64,000 bases of DNA from positions 1,280,001 to 1,344,000 of the forward strand of contig CAVYGN010000002.1 in NCBI GenBank assembly GCA_963768055.1, written 5' to 3'. This DNA comes from an uncultured Spirochaetota bacterium (GTDB lineage: Bacteria > Spirochaetota > Brevinematia > Brevinematales > JAOACQ01). The position numbers and the translations under genes were made by a program. Under the pieces are notes generated by a model. The model searched no databases, was not told where the DNA came from, and worked only from the letters and a program-made list of their open reading frames with translations. Below, in pieces: positions 47,306 through 58,225 of this stretch. Position 1 is the first letter of the stretch; each line of letters starts with the position of its first letter.

Positions 47306-48028
47306 ATGAAGGGTCTGGTTGTCATTCCTACTTATAACGAGGCGGAAAATATCAAGCTTATAGTTCCAGAAGTCCTGAAACAGGGCGACAGCTTCGATGT
47401 GCTTGTAGTCGACGATAATTCTCCCGACGGTACTGGAAATATTGTAAAAGAGATGATGAAGTCCAGCGCAAGGATACTTTTATTGGAACGTACAAAAAAA
47501 TCCGGTCTCGGGAAGGCCTATGTCGCCGGATTCAAGTGGGCGCTGGAACAGGATGCGGGTTACGATTTTCTCTGCGAAATGGACGCCGATTTTTCCCATG
47601 ATCCGGGCGAACTTCACCTTTTCGTAGAGGCGCTGAACGAGGGATACGACGCCGTCTGCGGGTCCCGCTATATCAGGGGCGTCAGGGTCCTCAACTGGGA
47701 CCTCAAGAGGCTCCTTATCAGTATTTTCGGTAACGCTTACGCGCGTTTCGCGACCGGCGTTAAACTTACCGATCTGACGGGGGGGTACAACTGCTACACA
47801 AGAAGGGTTATTGAAAAACTAAACCTGGACACGATAAGTTCAAGCGGATATTCCTTTCAGATTGAGATGAAGGCAAAAACAACCTGGAGGGGATTCAGGA
47901 TCAAGGAAGTGCCCATTATCTTTCGCGACCGCTACGAGGGAACGACGAAGATGAGCGGGGGAATAGTGAACGAAGCTATTATAAAGTGCTGGAAATTCCG
48001 GATCGATAAATGGTTCAAAAGAATATAA
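47306..48028 (+). CDS. Polyprenol-phosphate mannose synthase (GT2, Ppm1/Dpm1-like)
   Basis: VIPTYNEAENI, VVDDNSPDGTG, GLGKAY, MDADFSHDP, GYSFQIEM. Confidence 0.9.
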   Translation: MKGLVVIPTYNEAENIKLIVPEVLKQGDSFDVLVVDDNSPDGTGNIVKEMMKSSARILLLERTKKSGLGKAYVAGFKWALEQDAGYDFLCEMDADFSHDPGELHLFVEALNEGYDAVCGSRYIRGVRVLNWDLKRLLISIFGNAYARFATGVKLTDLTGGYNCYTRRVIEKLNLDTISSSGYSFQIEMKAKTTWRGFRIKEVPIIFRDRYEGTTKMSGGIVNEAIIKCWKFRIDKWFKRI

Positions 48029-49308
48029 AGGTAAGGTTCGCGCCTTCCCCGACCGGTAAGTTACATCTCGGAAGCGCTCGCACCGCTGTTTTTAACTGGC
48101 TTTACGCCCGCCATACCGGTGGTTCCTTTATTCTGAGAATAGAGGACACCGACCTCTCCCGTTCGAACGAATTCTTTACAGACTCTATCATTAAAGACAT
48201 GGCCTGGCTTGGGATGGATTATGACGAGTTTTACAGGCAAAGCGAAAGGTTCGATATTTACAGGCCATATGCCGAAAAGCTTGTTTCGGAAGGCAGGGCT
48301 TATTACCAGGAAGACAGCATCAGGATCGATATTGGTGAACCGAGGGAGATCTCCTTTACGGACAGCGTGAAAAACAGGATCGTTGTTTCCGCCTCGGAGC
48401 TCGACGATTTCGTAATATTGAAAAGCGGGGGCACCCCCACATATAACTTCGCCGTTGTAATAGACGATGCCCTTATGGGTATCACTCATGTTATAAGGGG
48501 TGAAGACCATATTACGAATACGATAAAGCAGCTTATTATTTATGAATATCTTTCACTTGAGCCCCCTGTTTTTGCACATCTGCCGCTGGTTATGGACAGG
48601 GATAAAGCCCCGCTCTCGAAACGGAAAGGTTCGAAAGACATAGAATATTACCGTTCATCCGGTATACTTCCTGAAGCCCTGATCAACGCGATCGCCAGGC
48701 TGGGCTGGTCTTACGGGAATGAAGAAGTATTCAGCATCTCCGACCTCGTAAGCCGTTTCGATATTTCAAGGATCTCAAAGTCGAACGCTGTTTATGACGA
48801 AGAAAAGATGATATGGATCAACGGCAAGCATATGAAATTGACCGGAATCGATAATCTTTACTCTCATTTCCTGGAATTCGCTGCCGCCGCGGGCCTTGAA
48901 ATGAAAGGAAGAATGGCTGATAGTTTATGGCTTATGAAAGCGATCAGCTTTCTCCGCGGCAGGCATAAGACCCTTAAGTCTCTATATGATGAAATTTTCC
49001 TTTACTCGGGTGATGAACTTATTATTGAAGAGGATTCCAAAAAGAATATGGACGAACTAAAAAAGGATCCGGCGGTTCAAAAAGCTTTTAAGGAAGCACG
49101 GGATTACATCTCATCACTTACGCCTGAGGCCGGCCCCGAGATTATAGACAGGGGATTACGAGATATTGCTTTAAAAAACTCTGTAAAATTCGGAGACCTT
49201 GCCGGTTTGATACGTATTTCACTTACAGGAAGGATGGAAAGCCCGGGTTTAAACGTTCTTATAAGCCTTTTAGGTGAAGAAGCTAAGAAAAGGCTTATAC
49301 GCGGTTGA
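48010..49308 (+). CDS. gltX: Glutamate--tRNA ligase
   Basis: RFAPSPTG.LHLG, LRIEDTD, PTYNFA..IDD, HVIRGEDH, LSKR; C-terminal anticodon domain. Confidence 0.92.
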   Translation: MVQKNIKVRFAPSPTGKLHLGSARTAVFNWLYARHTGGSFILRIEDTDLSRSNEFFTDSIIKDMAWLGMDYDEFYRQSERFDIYRPYAEKLVSEGRAYYQEDSIRIDIGEPREISFTDSVKNRIVVSASELDDFVILKSGGTPTYNFAVVIDDALMGITHVIRGEDHITNTIKQLIIYEYLSLEPPVFAHLPLVMDRDKAPLSKRKGSKDIEYYRSSGILPEALINAIARLGWSYGNEEVFSISDLVSRFDISRISKSNAVYDEEKMIWINGKHMKLTGIDNLYSHFLEFAAAAGLEMKGRMADSLWLMKAISFLRGRHKTLKSLYDEIFLYSGDELIIEEDSKKNMDELKKDPAVQKAFKEARDYISSLTPEAGPEIIDRGLRDIALKNSVKFGDLAGLIRISLTGRMESPGLNVLISLLGEEAKKRLIRG

Positions 49309-49316
49309 TCATTTAT

Positions 49317-51137
49317 TTATTTCGATTTTCCATTAAGTATTTCAACCAGGCTTCGGCTGTCTTTTTTAAGGTTCTCAGCGAGTCTTGTGAGGTCCTCCGA
49401 GGCTATGGAGTTTTCCTCGATGGAACTCGATACCTGGTTGATCGAATCTATGATTTTATTTGCCCCCTCTTTCTGATGGGTCATTGCTTGATTTATATCC
49501 ATTGATAGTGATTTTAACGATTCTGAATGTCTCTGGATTTCTAAAGCGGATTTACCCTGTTCCTGGGTAACGGCGGCTATATCGGCGGCCATGTTGTTTA
49601 CGGTTTCTATTGTTTCCATAAGCTGGTCCAGGGATTTGCCCGATTGCCGGGCGGAATCACCGATGTTTTTGGTGTTTGCGCTTCCCGCTTCAAGTTTCGT
49701 TCCGGCGTCCCTGATCCCCTCTTTAATCGAATTTATAATAACACCGATCTCGGTTGCCGACTTTGACGAGCTTTCGGAAAGCTTGCGGACTTCGCTGGCT
49801 ACAATAGCGAACCCCTCTCCGGCGTCTCCGGCATGAGCGGCTTCGATAGCCGCATTCATCGCAAGCATATTGGTTTCGTCCGAGATGCTCCGTATAACTG
49901 TCAGGATCTGGTCGATATTTTCGGAATGTTCCTCGATTTTGCGGATGCTTTTCGATATACCTTCAAGGAATTCCCCGATATTAACAATATTTTTTTCAAA
50001 TGCGCTGAAATTTTCCTTATTTTCTCTGGCGATCCTGGCGTTTTCGACGATAGTTTTCTTCAATTCGCCGATATTCCTGACTATGTTCTGTACGCCGTTA
50101 TTAAGCTGGCCGATCGCCGCTGCGGCGTCCGACACTGTTCCCATCTGTTTTTCTATGTTCGAACTATTGCTTTCCAGGGACTTGAGGTATTCTCCCATCG
50201 TATCGAAGACGCTCCTGCTCGATTCAGCCTGTTTTGCATTCGAAGAGGAAAGAAAGGCGGATTTCGATGAAAGATCCTCGGAATTCAAGTCGATCTTTCC
50301 CGACATTTCCCTTATAACGCCGTAGCTTTCGTTGAGGCGCGTTATTACCTGGTTAAACACCAGGGAAAGTTTGCCAAGTTCATCCTTTGACTGAATGTCG
50401 AGTTTGACGTTAATATCCCCGCTTTCGACCTTTTTTGAAACCATATCGAATTGGGTAACTACGCAGCCGAACCATGATGCTACGGCCCTGACAAGTAATA
50501 ATATTATTATGATAGAAAAAAATATAACGATGCCGAAAATAATTATCGCCTTGATGAAATTTAAGCTCATATTGTTGTAGCTGCTTTTTCCCGAGTATTC
50601 TTCGACATCTTCAAGCGCGCGGAGGTCGTTTTTAAGAAGTGTAAACTTGTTTTCCACGCTGCCGATGGTCATGGCCGCCATCCCCGGATCGGAACTTGCC
50701 ATTTCAATTACAATTTTAGCATCATTGGCGTAAAAGTTGATATCGGACGAGGTTGAAACAAGAAGGGATCTTTCCTCGGGAGTAAGGTCTTTCTGGCTTG
50801 CAAAACCATGAATGCCCGATATCAAGCCGTCGAGTACTTCTCTTTGTTCTTTAACGATTCCGTCAATCTTTTCGGCGGGATAGTTCAAACTCACCCAGCT
50901 TATGAGGCGGTAAAGGTTCATATTCATCGTTTTTAGTTTGTCAGTTATATCTTCAACCTGGTGAAGATGGGATATCCTTACGTCATAGAATGTCCCCATA
51001 ACATATTTTTGCTGGTAGAGATTGATCAGGGAAAAAGTAATGACAATAAAGAGCAAAATGGCGATCGCGATCGGCGCGATCAGGACTTTGACGATCAAAT
51101 TCAAGTCATAAAAAAAATTATTGAAGAATTTAAACAT
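49317..51137 (-). CDS. Methyl-accepting chemotaxis protein (four-helix sensor, HAMP)
   Basis: TNMLAMNAAIEAAHAGDAGEGFAIVASEVRKLS; 2 TM + HAMP. Confidence 0.95.
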   Translation of the reverse strand: MFKFFNNFFYDLNLIVKVLIAPIAIAILLFIVITFSLINLYQQKYVMGTFYDVRISHLHQVEDITDKLKTMNMNLYRLISWVSLNYPAEKIDGIVKEQREVLDGLISGIHGFASQKDLTPEERSLLVSTSSDINFYANDAKIVIEMASSDPGMAAMTIGSVENKFTLLKNDLRALEDVEEYSGKSSYNNMSLNFIKAIIIFGIVIFFSIIIILLLVRAVASWFGCVVTQFDMVSKKVESGDINVKLDIQSKDELGKLSLVFNQVITRLNESYGVIREMSGKIDLNSEDLSSKSAFLSSSNAKQAESSRSVFDTMGEYLKSLESNSSNIEKQMGTVSDAAAAIGQLNNGVQNIVRNIGELKKTIVENARIARENKENFSAFEKNIVNIGEFLEGISKSIRKIEEHSENIDQILTVIRSISDETNMLAMNAAIEAAHAGDAGEGFAIVASEVRKLSESSSKSATEIGVIINSIKEGIRDAGTKLEAGSANTKNIGDSARQSGKSLDQLMETIETVNNMAADIAAVTQEQGKSALEIQRHSESLKSLSMDINQAMTHQKEGANKIIDSINQVSSSIEENSIASEDLTRLAENLKKDSRSLVEILNGKSK

Positions 51138-51172
51138 TTTTCAACCCTTAAAAGCTCGGGCGTTTTAATCGC

Positions 51173-51628
51173 TTATTTATAAAATCCGCATCCTATCCAT
51201 ATGTTATCGACCTTTTCCACATAGGAACTTTTATTCTCAATTTTTTTTGATACGGGGTTTGACCGCTTATAGTCAACCCATCCCGAATTTTTGTCCCTGG
51301 CTGTTTCCAGCATCTCCTTCATATAATATTTACCGTCAGGGTCCTGCATGTTAAGCTCATTCACACCGATAAGGGATTTGTTGCCGTCGCTCCTGGCAAG
51401 GCATACGCCGTTGAAGTCAAATACGAAAACATAATATTCGCCGCTGCGGAATTCTCCCTTAGGGTCGCTGAAAGCCTTGAAGGACACATCCTGGCCGTTG
51501 GCTTTATAAAAAGCGACGGCTTTCTGGACCATGGCTTTGGCTTTTTTAGCGGCTTTCGTCAGGGGCGCTGCAAAAATAAGAGAAGACGCGGTTAAAAGAA
51601 TCGCTGTTATTAAAATTACCCTCTTCAT
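51173..51628 (-). CDS. Stand-alone secreted single Cache domain protein
   Basis: Signal peptide; YVFVFD, D.DGKY, GWVDY...NP, KSSYVEKV...IGCG. Confidence 0.88.
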   Translation of the reverse strand: MKRVILITAILLTASSLIFAAPLTKAAKKAKAMVQKAVAFYKANGQDVSFKAFSDPKGEFRSGEYYVFVFDFNGVCLARSDGNKSLIGVNELNMQDPDGKYYMKEMLETARDKNSGWVDYKRSNPVSKKIENKSSYVEKVDNIWIGCGFYK

Positions 51629-51754
51629 GGTGTTACCCTCCGATTTTAATAATTTTTTAAATCCATTTAATAAAAATAACCGATATTTCCCAAAGTGTAA
51701 AGCAATAAAGCTCCAAAGTCAAAAAAGTGGCCTCTTACCAGTTTGTAAAAAGGG

Positions 51755-51786
51755 GTCGTTTCGAGGGGTTCCGTCCGAGAAATCTT
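51755..51786 (+). repeat. REP-like short repeat, second copy
   Basis: gtcgtttcgag...cgagaaatctt matches 47191-47236 ends. Confidence 0.5.
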
Positions 51787-51858
51787 GAAAGGGGTATCTA
51801 ATAATAATCTTGCATTAAGCTTGATTATTTATAAGAATTAAGCTAATATTAAGTAATA

Positions 51859-53856
51859 TTGGAGTTAAATTTGTCAGAGAAAGTGAAAAATTTAAAAAAG
51901 AAGATACTGCTGGTATACCCGAAGATGCCTTCCACGTACTGGGGTTTTCAGTACAGCGTAAAATTTATCGGGAAAAAAACAACATATCCGCCGCTTGGTT
52001 TAATGACTGTAGCTGCGTTGATCCCTCCGGAATATGATCTGAAGCTAGTAAATTTAAATTCCGAATCCTTAAAGGAAAGCGATATAGCCGGCGCTGATTT
52101 TGTGTTTATATCAGCGATGATTGTTCAAAAAGAATCTTTTGAAGAGGTTGTTAAGCTCTCGCGCAAGCATAACAAAACCGTTGTCGCGGGAGGGCCTTAT
52201 CCGACAGTATTGCACGCCGATATCGAGGGGGTGGACCATTTTGTTCTCGACGAGGCCGAAATGACCCTACCCGATTTTTTCCGGGATCTTAAAGCAGGAA
52301 ACCCTGCGAAAATATACAGAAGCAAGGAAAGGCCGGCTATTGCACTGGCCCCGATACCGCGTTTCGACCTGATAAAAATTAACGATTATGTATCTATGGC
52401 CCTTCAGTTTTCACGAGGATGTCCTTTCAATTGTGAATTTTGCGATATTATCGAACTTTTCGGGCGAGTGCCCAGGACTAAATCGCCGGAACAGTTCATT
52501 AAAGAACTGGAAACGGTTTACGAAACGGGTTACAGAGGTTCTGTTTTCATTGTCGACGATAACTTCATAGGGAACAAGTTCGCTGTAAAACAGCTTCTAA
52601 GGCCCCTGGGAATCTGGCAGAAGGAGAAAGAGTACCCATTTACATTTATGACAGAAGCAAGCGTTAACCTGGCGGAAGATGAAGAATTGATGGATCTTAT
52701 GGCGGAGGCCCTGTTCGAGGGTGTATTTCTCGGGATAGAAACGCCGTCAGAAGAATCCCTTTTACTGGCTAACAAAACGCAGAATACTAAAATTAAGCTG
52801 CTGGACAGCATTCATAAGATCCAGAGGAAGGGGCTTGAAGTTTCCGCGGGTTTTATTTTAGGATTCGACAGCGATAAGGACGATATTTTCGACAGGCAGA
52901 TCAATTTCATCAACGATGCTGCTATTCCTATGGCGATGGTCGGCCTTCTGGCGGCTCTTGGCCAGACCCAGCTTTACACCCGGTTGTTGAAGGAGAACAG
53001 GATACTTAATGAGACGTCGGGAAATCACACCCATGCCCTGGAATTGAATTTTATACCGAAAATGGCTGCAGACAAGCTCATAGAGGGTTACAAAAAGGTA
53101 ATTTCGACTGTTTACGATCCCCCTGTCTATTTCGAGAGATGTTATGATCTTATCAATATTCTTCCAAATAACTACATAAGCGCGAAAAGAGTTACTCTTT
53201 CAAATATTCTCACTTACGGCTATGCTTTTATAAGATCTCTTATATTGCAGGGTTTCGGCTCATACGGTTTTACCTACTTCAAGTTCCTTGCCAGGGTCCT
53301 TATTAAAAAACCCGGCCGGTTCGCTCAAGCCGTAAAGTTTGCCATCTTCGGTTATCATTTTATAAAAATAACTGAAAAGCAGATTAATAAAAAGATGGTC
53401 TTGCTCGATAATTTCAAGGCTTATATCAATAAGCTCATGCTGAAGTTTCAAAAAAGGATTGAATTTGTCCATAACCTGCATTGGGAAAAAGCGGTACGTG
53501 AACTGTTCGTCCTTCGTAAAAAGACATTACCGGCTGTAACCAGAAAATATGCCACTGCATCGAAACTTTCAAACCAATACACCGACAGCGCGCTCAGCAG
53601 ATTGGAAGAGAGTATTTTCGAATATATAGCCCGTATCAGGGATTATCTGATGAAGGCGATAAATAACACCGATATTAATACGGATAATTTTATTAACGAA
53701 TTCAACAAATATGTCACACGATTGTTAAACAGCATAGATAAGAACAAAACGGTTTCACACAGGTTCGGAAAACTTACGGAAGTCATAGATAAAGTATTTC
53801 TCGAACTGCGGATGATCAACTCGAAGGCTGCCGGTTCTGCAGGTGTTTTACACTAA
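51859..53856 (+). CDS. B12-binding radical SAM protein (DUF4070 type) with C-terminal extension
   Basis: PPLGLMTVAA, SAMIVQ, SRGCPFNCEFC, VDDNFIGN, GFILGFD. Confidence 0.9.
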   Translation: MELNLSEKVKNLKKKILLVYPKMPSTYWGFQYSVKFIGKKTTYPPLGLMTVAALIPPEYDLKLVNLNSESLKESDIAGADFVFISAMIVQKESFEEVVKLSRKHNKTVVAGGPYPTVLHADIEGVDHFVLDEAEMTLPDFFRDLKAGNPAKIYRSKERPAIALAPIPRFDLIKINDYVSMALQFSRGCPFNCEFCDIIELFGRVPRTKSPEQFIKELETVYETGYRGSVFIVDDNFIGNKFAVKQLLRPLGIWQKEKEYPFTFMTEASVNLAEDEELMDLMAEALFEGVFLGIETPSEESLLLANKTQNTKIKLLDSIHKIQRKGLEVSAGFILGFDSDKDDIFDRQINFINDAAIPMAMVGLLAALGQTQLYTRLLKENRILNETSGNHTHALELNFIPKMAADKLIEGYKKVISTVYDPPVYFERCYDLINILPNNYISAKRVTLSNILTYGYAFIRSLILQGFGSYGFTYFKFLARVLIKKPGRFAQAVKFAIFGYHFIKITEKQINKKMVLLDNFKAYINKLMLKFQKRIEFVHNLHWEKAVRELFVLRKKTLPAVTRKYATASKLSNQYTDSALSRLEESIFEYIARIRDYLMKAINNTDINTDNFINEFNKYVTRLLNSIDKNKTVSHRFGKLTEVIDKVFLELRMINSKAAGSAGVLH

Positions 53857-56215
53857 TATTTGATCGGCGGGCTTTTTTCACAGGTTTTATTTCTTCCAGC
53901 ATGATCAATTCCAGTACTTCCTCGATCCTTTCTACATAAAAAATGTTGAGATCTTTTAATATCTGCTGGTTCATCTCGCTGATGTCCTTTTCATTGTTTT
54001 TTGGAATAATTACGCTGAAAATTCCGCCTCTTTTCGCGGCGAGAAGCTTTTCCCTGAGGCCGCCGATAGGCAGTACATCGCCCTTGAGAGTTATCTCCCC
54101 GGTCATAGCGCAGTCGTTTCTTGCTTTCTTAGCCGCATATGTGGAAATGATTGAACTTATCATTGTTACACCGGCTGAAGGCCCGTCTTTGGGTATCGCC
54201 CCTTCAGGGACATGAATATGCAGATCGTTCTGCCTGAACAGAGCGGGGTCTATACCGTATTTTTCTGCGACAGACTTGGCATATGAAAAGGCGATCTTTG
54301 CCGATTCCTGCATGACCTCGCCGAGCTGGCCGGTGAGTATGAGGTCTCCTTTACCCTTGAAGATGGAACTCTCAATGTAAAGTACATCGCCCCCGTTCTC
54401 GGTCCATGCGAGGCCGGCGATTACGCCGATTCTCGGTTCCTTCTGGCCGCGGGTAAAGTCGAATTTCCTCACCCCCAGGTGCTTGGATATCTTTTTCGAA
54501 TCTATTTGTATAGATTTGACATCATGCCTGACCTTATCCCTGGCAATTTTTCTGATTACCTTTCCGACGTTTCTCTCCAGGTTTCTTACCCCGGCTTCTT
54601 TTGTGTAAAATCTCACTATATCGAGAATTGAATTATCAGTAAAATTGACCTTTATATCGGACAAACCGTTTTCGATCATCTGTTTGGGTATCAAAAATTT
54701 CTTGGCGATTTCTTTTTTCTCAAGTTCAGTGTATCCCGGTATCTCGATTATTTCCATTCTGTCTCTCAGGGGTATGGGAATATTGTAAAGGTTATTTGCC
54801 GTTGTCAGAAAGAATACATAAGACAGGTCAAAATCGAGGGACAGGTAATGATCGTTAAAGGTATTATTCTGTTCAGGGTCAAGGACTTCCAGAAGCGCAG
54901 AACTCGGATCACCCCTGAAATCCATGCTCATTTTATCTATTTCATCCATCAAAAATACAGGGTTCATTGTACCGGCTTTTTTCATCATCTGGATGATTTT
55001 ACCCGGCAGCGCTCCGACATAAGTCCTTCTATGCCCCCTGATTTCAGCTTCGTCCCTGACTCCGCCCAAAGATACGCGGATGAAATTGCGGTTTAAAGCG
55101 TGAGCGATAGACTTTGCCAGAGAAGTTTTCCCCGTTCCTGGGGGCCCTACAAGGCAGATTATCGGACCCTTTGATTTCGGGTTCAATTGACGGACAGCTA
55201 TGAAATCTATGATCCTTTCCTTGGCTTCCTTAAGGCCGTAATGTTCCTTTTCAAGGATCTCTTCGGCTACCTGCAGGTCTTTATTATCGATAGTATACTT
55301 GCCCCACGGCAGATCGACCAGCCATTCAATGTAATTATAGAGAACTGTGTATTCGGGAGACATATTGGGTATTTTTGACAGCCTTTCAAGTTCACCGTCA
55401 AACTTTTCTTTTACGGATTCAGGCATTTCCTTGCCCTTAGACCTTTCCTTCAACTCTAAAATGCCTTCATCCTGCGATTCGCCTTCATCGAGTTCCTTTC
55501 TTATTTCTTTAAGCTGCTCGTTTAAAAAATATTTTTTCTGCATTTTTTCCATTCGGTCCTGGACGCGTTTATTGATATCGTCCTCGATCTTCAGTACATC
55601 GATTTCCTTATGCACGAGGGCAAGGGTTTTTGTCAGCCTTTCATTAATATCGTTTTCTTCAAGGATAGCCTGTTTATCGGCGACCTGTGAAGGTATATTC
55701 GCCATAACAGCGTCTATTAATTTTTCTGAATCGTCGATTGATACGATGGATGCGGCGGTATCTTTAGGAATCTTTGGGTTAAGCGAAATATATTCGACAA
55801 ACTTGTCTTTCAAAGTTCTGATAAGGGCTTCAAGCTCGTTGCTGTTGAGGACCTTAGTTTCAAGATCATCCACCTCGGCAAGGGAAAAACCTTCATCCTG
55901 GATATATTTTGATATTTTTCCTCTTTTAAGCCCCTCTACCAGTATCCTGACCATTCCGTTAGGCATATTGATCAGTTCCAGAATGGTTGAAACGCAGCCG
56001 ACAGAGAAAATATCTTCATCGGAAGGATTTTCCACATCCTTGCTTTTTTGCGCGGAAAGGAACAACGGCAGGTTGTTTTCGAAGGCATGCATTACGGCTT
56101 TAACTGAGGTATTGCGGCCGATAATAAGAGGTACGACCATGAACGGGAATACTACAATACCCCTCAGGGGTATAAGCGGGAACTTTTCCTTTTTTTTGTT
56201 TTCGGATTCGACCAT
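53816..56215 (-). CDS. lon: ATP-dependent Lon protease
   Basis: PLRGIVVFP, GPPGTGKTS, GGVRDEAEIRGHRRTY, PKDGPSAG. Confidence 0.98.
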   Translation of the reverse strand: MVESENKKKEKFPLIPLRGIVVFPFMVVPLIIGRNTSVKAVMHAFENNLPLFLSAQKSKDVENPSDEDIFSVGCVSTILELINMPNGMVRILVEGLKRGKISKYIQDEGFSLAEVDDLETKVLNSNELEALIRTLKDKFVEYISLNPKIPKDTAASIVSIDDSEKLIDAVMANIPSQVADKQAILEENDINERLTKTLALVHKEIDVLKIEDDINKRVQDRMEKMQKKYFLNEQLKEIRKELDEGESQDEGILELKERSKGKEMPESVKEKFDGELERLSKIPNMSPEYTVLYNYIEWLVDLPWGKYTIDNKDLQVAEEILEKEHYGLKEAKERIIDFIAVRQLNPKSKGPIICLVGPPGTGKTSLAKSIAHALNRNFIRVSLGGVRDEAEIRGHRRTYVGALPGKIIQMMKKAGTMNPVFLMDEIDKMSMDFRGDPSSALLEVLDPEQNNTFNDHYLSLDFDLSYVFFLTTANNLYNIPIPLRDRMEIIEIPGYTELEKKEIAKKFLIPKQMIENGLSDIKVNFTDNSILDIVRFYTKEAGVRNLERNVGKVIRKIARDKVRHDVKSIQIDSKKISKHLGVRKFDFTRGQKEPRIGVIAGLAWTENGGDVLYIESSIFKGKGDLILTGQLGEVMQESAKIAFSYAKSVAEKYGIDPALFRQNDLHIHVPEGAIPKDGPSAGVTMISSIISTYAAKKARNDCAMTGEITLKGDVLPIGGLREKLLAAKRGGIFSVIIPKNNEKDISEMNQQILKDLNIFYVERIEEVLELIMLEEIKPVKKARRSNISVKHLQNRQPSS

Positions 56216-56227
56216 TTCCTTACCTCG

Positions 56228-57520
56228 TTAAGCTATTTTAGGCTCTTTTCCTAAGGTTACCACGTCCTTGTCAATAATGCAATGCCTTACATCATTCATC
56301 GAGGGTATTTCGTACATAATATCGAGCATGACTTCCTCTATAACGGACCTCAATCCTCTCGCCCCCGTTTTCTTTTCCTTGGTTTTATGCACAATCTCGG
56401 TAATCGCATCATCGGTAAATTCCAGTTCAACATTTTCAAGCCCCATGAGCTTTTGATACTGTTTAATTATTGCATTTTTCGGGTCGGTAAGTATTCGTTT
56501 CAGCTCATCGTCTTTCAATTCGTGAAGAATGGCTGTAATCGGCAATCTTCCAACGAGTTCGGGAATAAGTCCGTATTTAATAAAATCGTGGGGTATTACA
56601 TCCTTCAAAACTTTTTCAGGGTCTGTCCTTGTCTTTGAATGATTGCTTTTAAAGCCGACTTCCTTCTTTCCCAGCCTTGTTTTTACAATATCCTCCAGGC
56701 CAACAAATGCTCCACCTACTATAAAAAGAATATTGGAAGTGTTAACCATTATATTTTTCTGCTGGGGGTGTTTTCTGCCCCCGTAAGCCGGGACCGATGC
56801 ATCAGTACCCTCTATTAATTTTAAAAGGGCCTGCTGAACACCCTCGCCGGAAACATCTCTGGTTATGGACACATTCTCGCTTTTTCTGGAAATCTTGTCG
56901 ATTTCGTCTATATAGACAATACCAACTTCCGCCCTTGAAATCAAGTGCTCGAGTTCTTTTGATTCGGGATCGAAATAACCTCCTGCCGCGTTCTGCAGGA
57001 GCCTTAAAAGAACGTTTTCAACGTCATCCCCGACATAACCCGCTTCAGTAAGGGTCGTGGCGTCGGCAATGGCAAATGGAACGTCCAGCATCCTGGCAAG
57101 GATCTTGGCAAGCAGGGTTTTTCCGCTTCCGGTAGGCCCTAAAAGAATGACATTGCTCTTCTCGATTTCGACCTCATTCTTATCGTCGTCGAATGAGTTT
57201 GAAAAAATCCTTTTATAGTGGTTGTAAACTGCAACCGAAAGTATTTTTTTAGCATTGTCCTGCCCTATGACATACTGGTCAAGAAACTCCTTCATCTCCT
57301 TCGGCCTCGGGAGTTTGTTAACGGTGTTCATAGTGTTATTCTTGTGTTCTACCTGGATGGCCTGATAAGAATTGTAAAGACAGTTGTCGCATATATACAC
57401 TTCTCCCTCGCCCTTTACCATCCTGTATACCTCTGTCGAAGAGGCCCCGCAAAAGCTGCATTGAACTGTTCTTTTATACCTTGGAACGCTGTTTTCATCG
57501 TCCTTTCTTGAAGCCATCAT
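56228..57520 (-). CDS. clpX: ATP-dependent Clp protease ATP-binding subunit ClpX
   Basis: CSFC..CDNC zinc finger, [28 protein letters not shown]. Confidence 0.98.
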   Translation of the reverse strand: MMASRKDDENSVPRYKRTVQCSFCGASSTEVYRMVKGEGEVYICDNCLYNSYQAIQVEHKNNTMNTVNKLPRPKEMKEFLDQYVIGQDNAKKILSVAVYNHYKRIFSNSFDDDKNEVEIEKSNVILLGPTGSGKTLLAKILARMLDVPFAIADATTLTEAGYVGDDVENVLLRLLQNAAGGYFDPESKELEHLISRAEVGIVYIDEIDKISRKSENVSITRDVSGEGVQQALLKLIEGTDASVPAYGGRKHPQQKNIMVNTSNILFIVGGAFVGLEDIVKTRLGKKEVGFKSNHSKTRTDPEKVLKDVIPHDFIKYGLIPELVGRLPITAILHELKDDELKRILTDPKNAIIKQYQKLMGLENVELEFTDDAITEIVHKTKEKKTGARGLRSVIEEVMLDIMYEIPSMNDVRHCIIDKDVVTLGKEPKIA

Positions 57521-58101
57521 TATTTCCTTTTATCTATTATTTCATCGATGATCCCGTATTTCTTCGCTTCATCACCCGACATAAAAAAATCCCTGTCGGT
57601 ATCGGATTCAATCTTATCCAGCTGCTGGCCTGTATGTTTTACCAGGATGCTGTCAAGCATGGTTTTGGTCCTGAGCATTTCTTCAGCCTGAATTTTAATA
57701 TCCGTTGCCTGTCCCTGAGTGCCGCCGGAGGGCTGATGGATAATAATACGGGAATGGGGCAGAGTAAAGCGTTTTCCCTGTTTCCCGGCTGCCAGAAGGA
57801 CCGCGCCCATTGAAGCTGCTTCTCCGATGCAGATAGTCGAAACATCGCATTTTATGTACTGCATGGTATCGTAAATCGCAAGTCCGGAAGTAACTACCCC
57901 GCCGGGTGAATTGATGTAAAGGTTAATGTCTCTTTCCGGGTCTTCGGCCTCGAGAAATAAAAGCTGTGCTATTACAAGATTAGCCACATCGTCGTCGATT
58001 GCAGAGCCTAAAAACACGATCCTGTCTTTCAAGAGTCTTGAATATATATCATAAGCCCTTTCACCCCTGTTGCTCTGTTCAATCACCATAGGTATAAGCA
58101 T
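57520..58101 (-). CDS. clpP: Clp protease proteolytic subunit
   Basis: [30 protein letters not shown]. Confidence 0.98.
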   Translation of the reverse strand: MLIPMVIEQSNRGERAYDIYSRLLKDRIVFLGSAIDDDVANLVIAQLLFLEAEDPERDINLYINSPGGVVTSGLAIYDTMQYIKCDVSTICIGEAASMGAVLLAAGKQGKRFTLPHSRIIIHQPSGGTQGQATDIKIQAEEMLRTKTMLDSILVKHTGQQLDKIESDTDRDFFMSGDEAKKYGIIDEIIDKRK

Positions 58102-58225
58102 AATTAACCCCTTTATCAAAAATTATAGAATGTTCTAAAATCTCGGTATAAATATAATTAATATAACATATAAAGTAAAATATTGGAAGCTGAAGATGCG
58201 GCCACATCACAGGGGCGTACCCCGC

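Noticed and set aside
55347..56231. 294-aa + strand ORF
   Set aside because: Antisense shadow of lon; Ser/Ile/Phe-rich composition typical of reverse frames
56930..57000. Short insertion in ClpX ([14 protein letters not shown])
   Set aside because: Falls in a variable loop; likely lineage-specific and of little consequence
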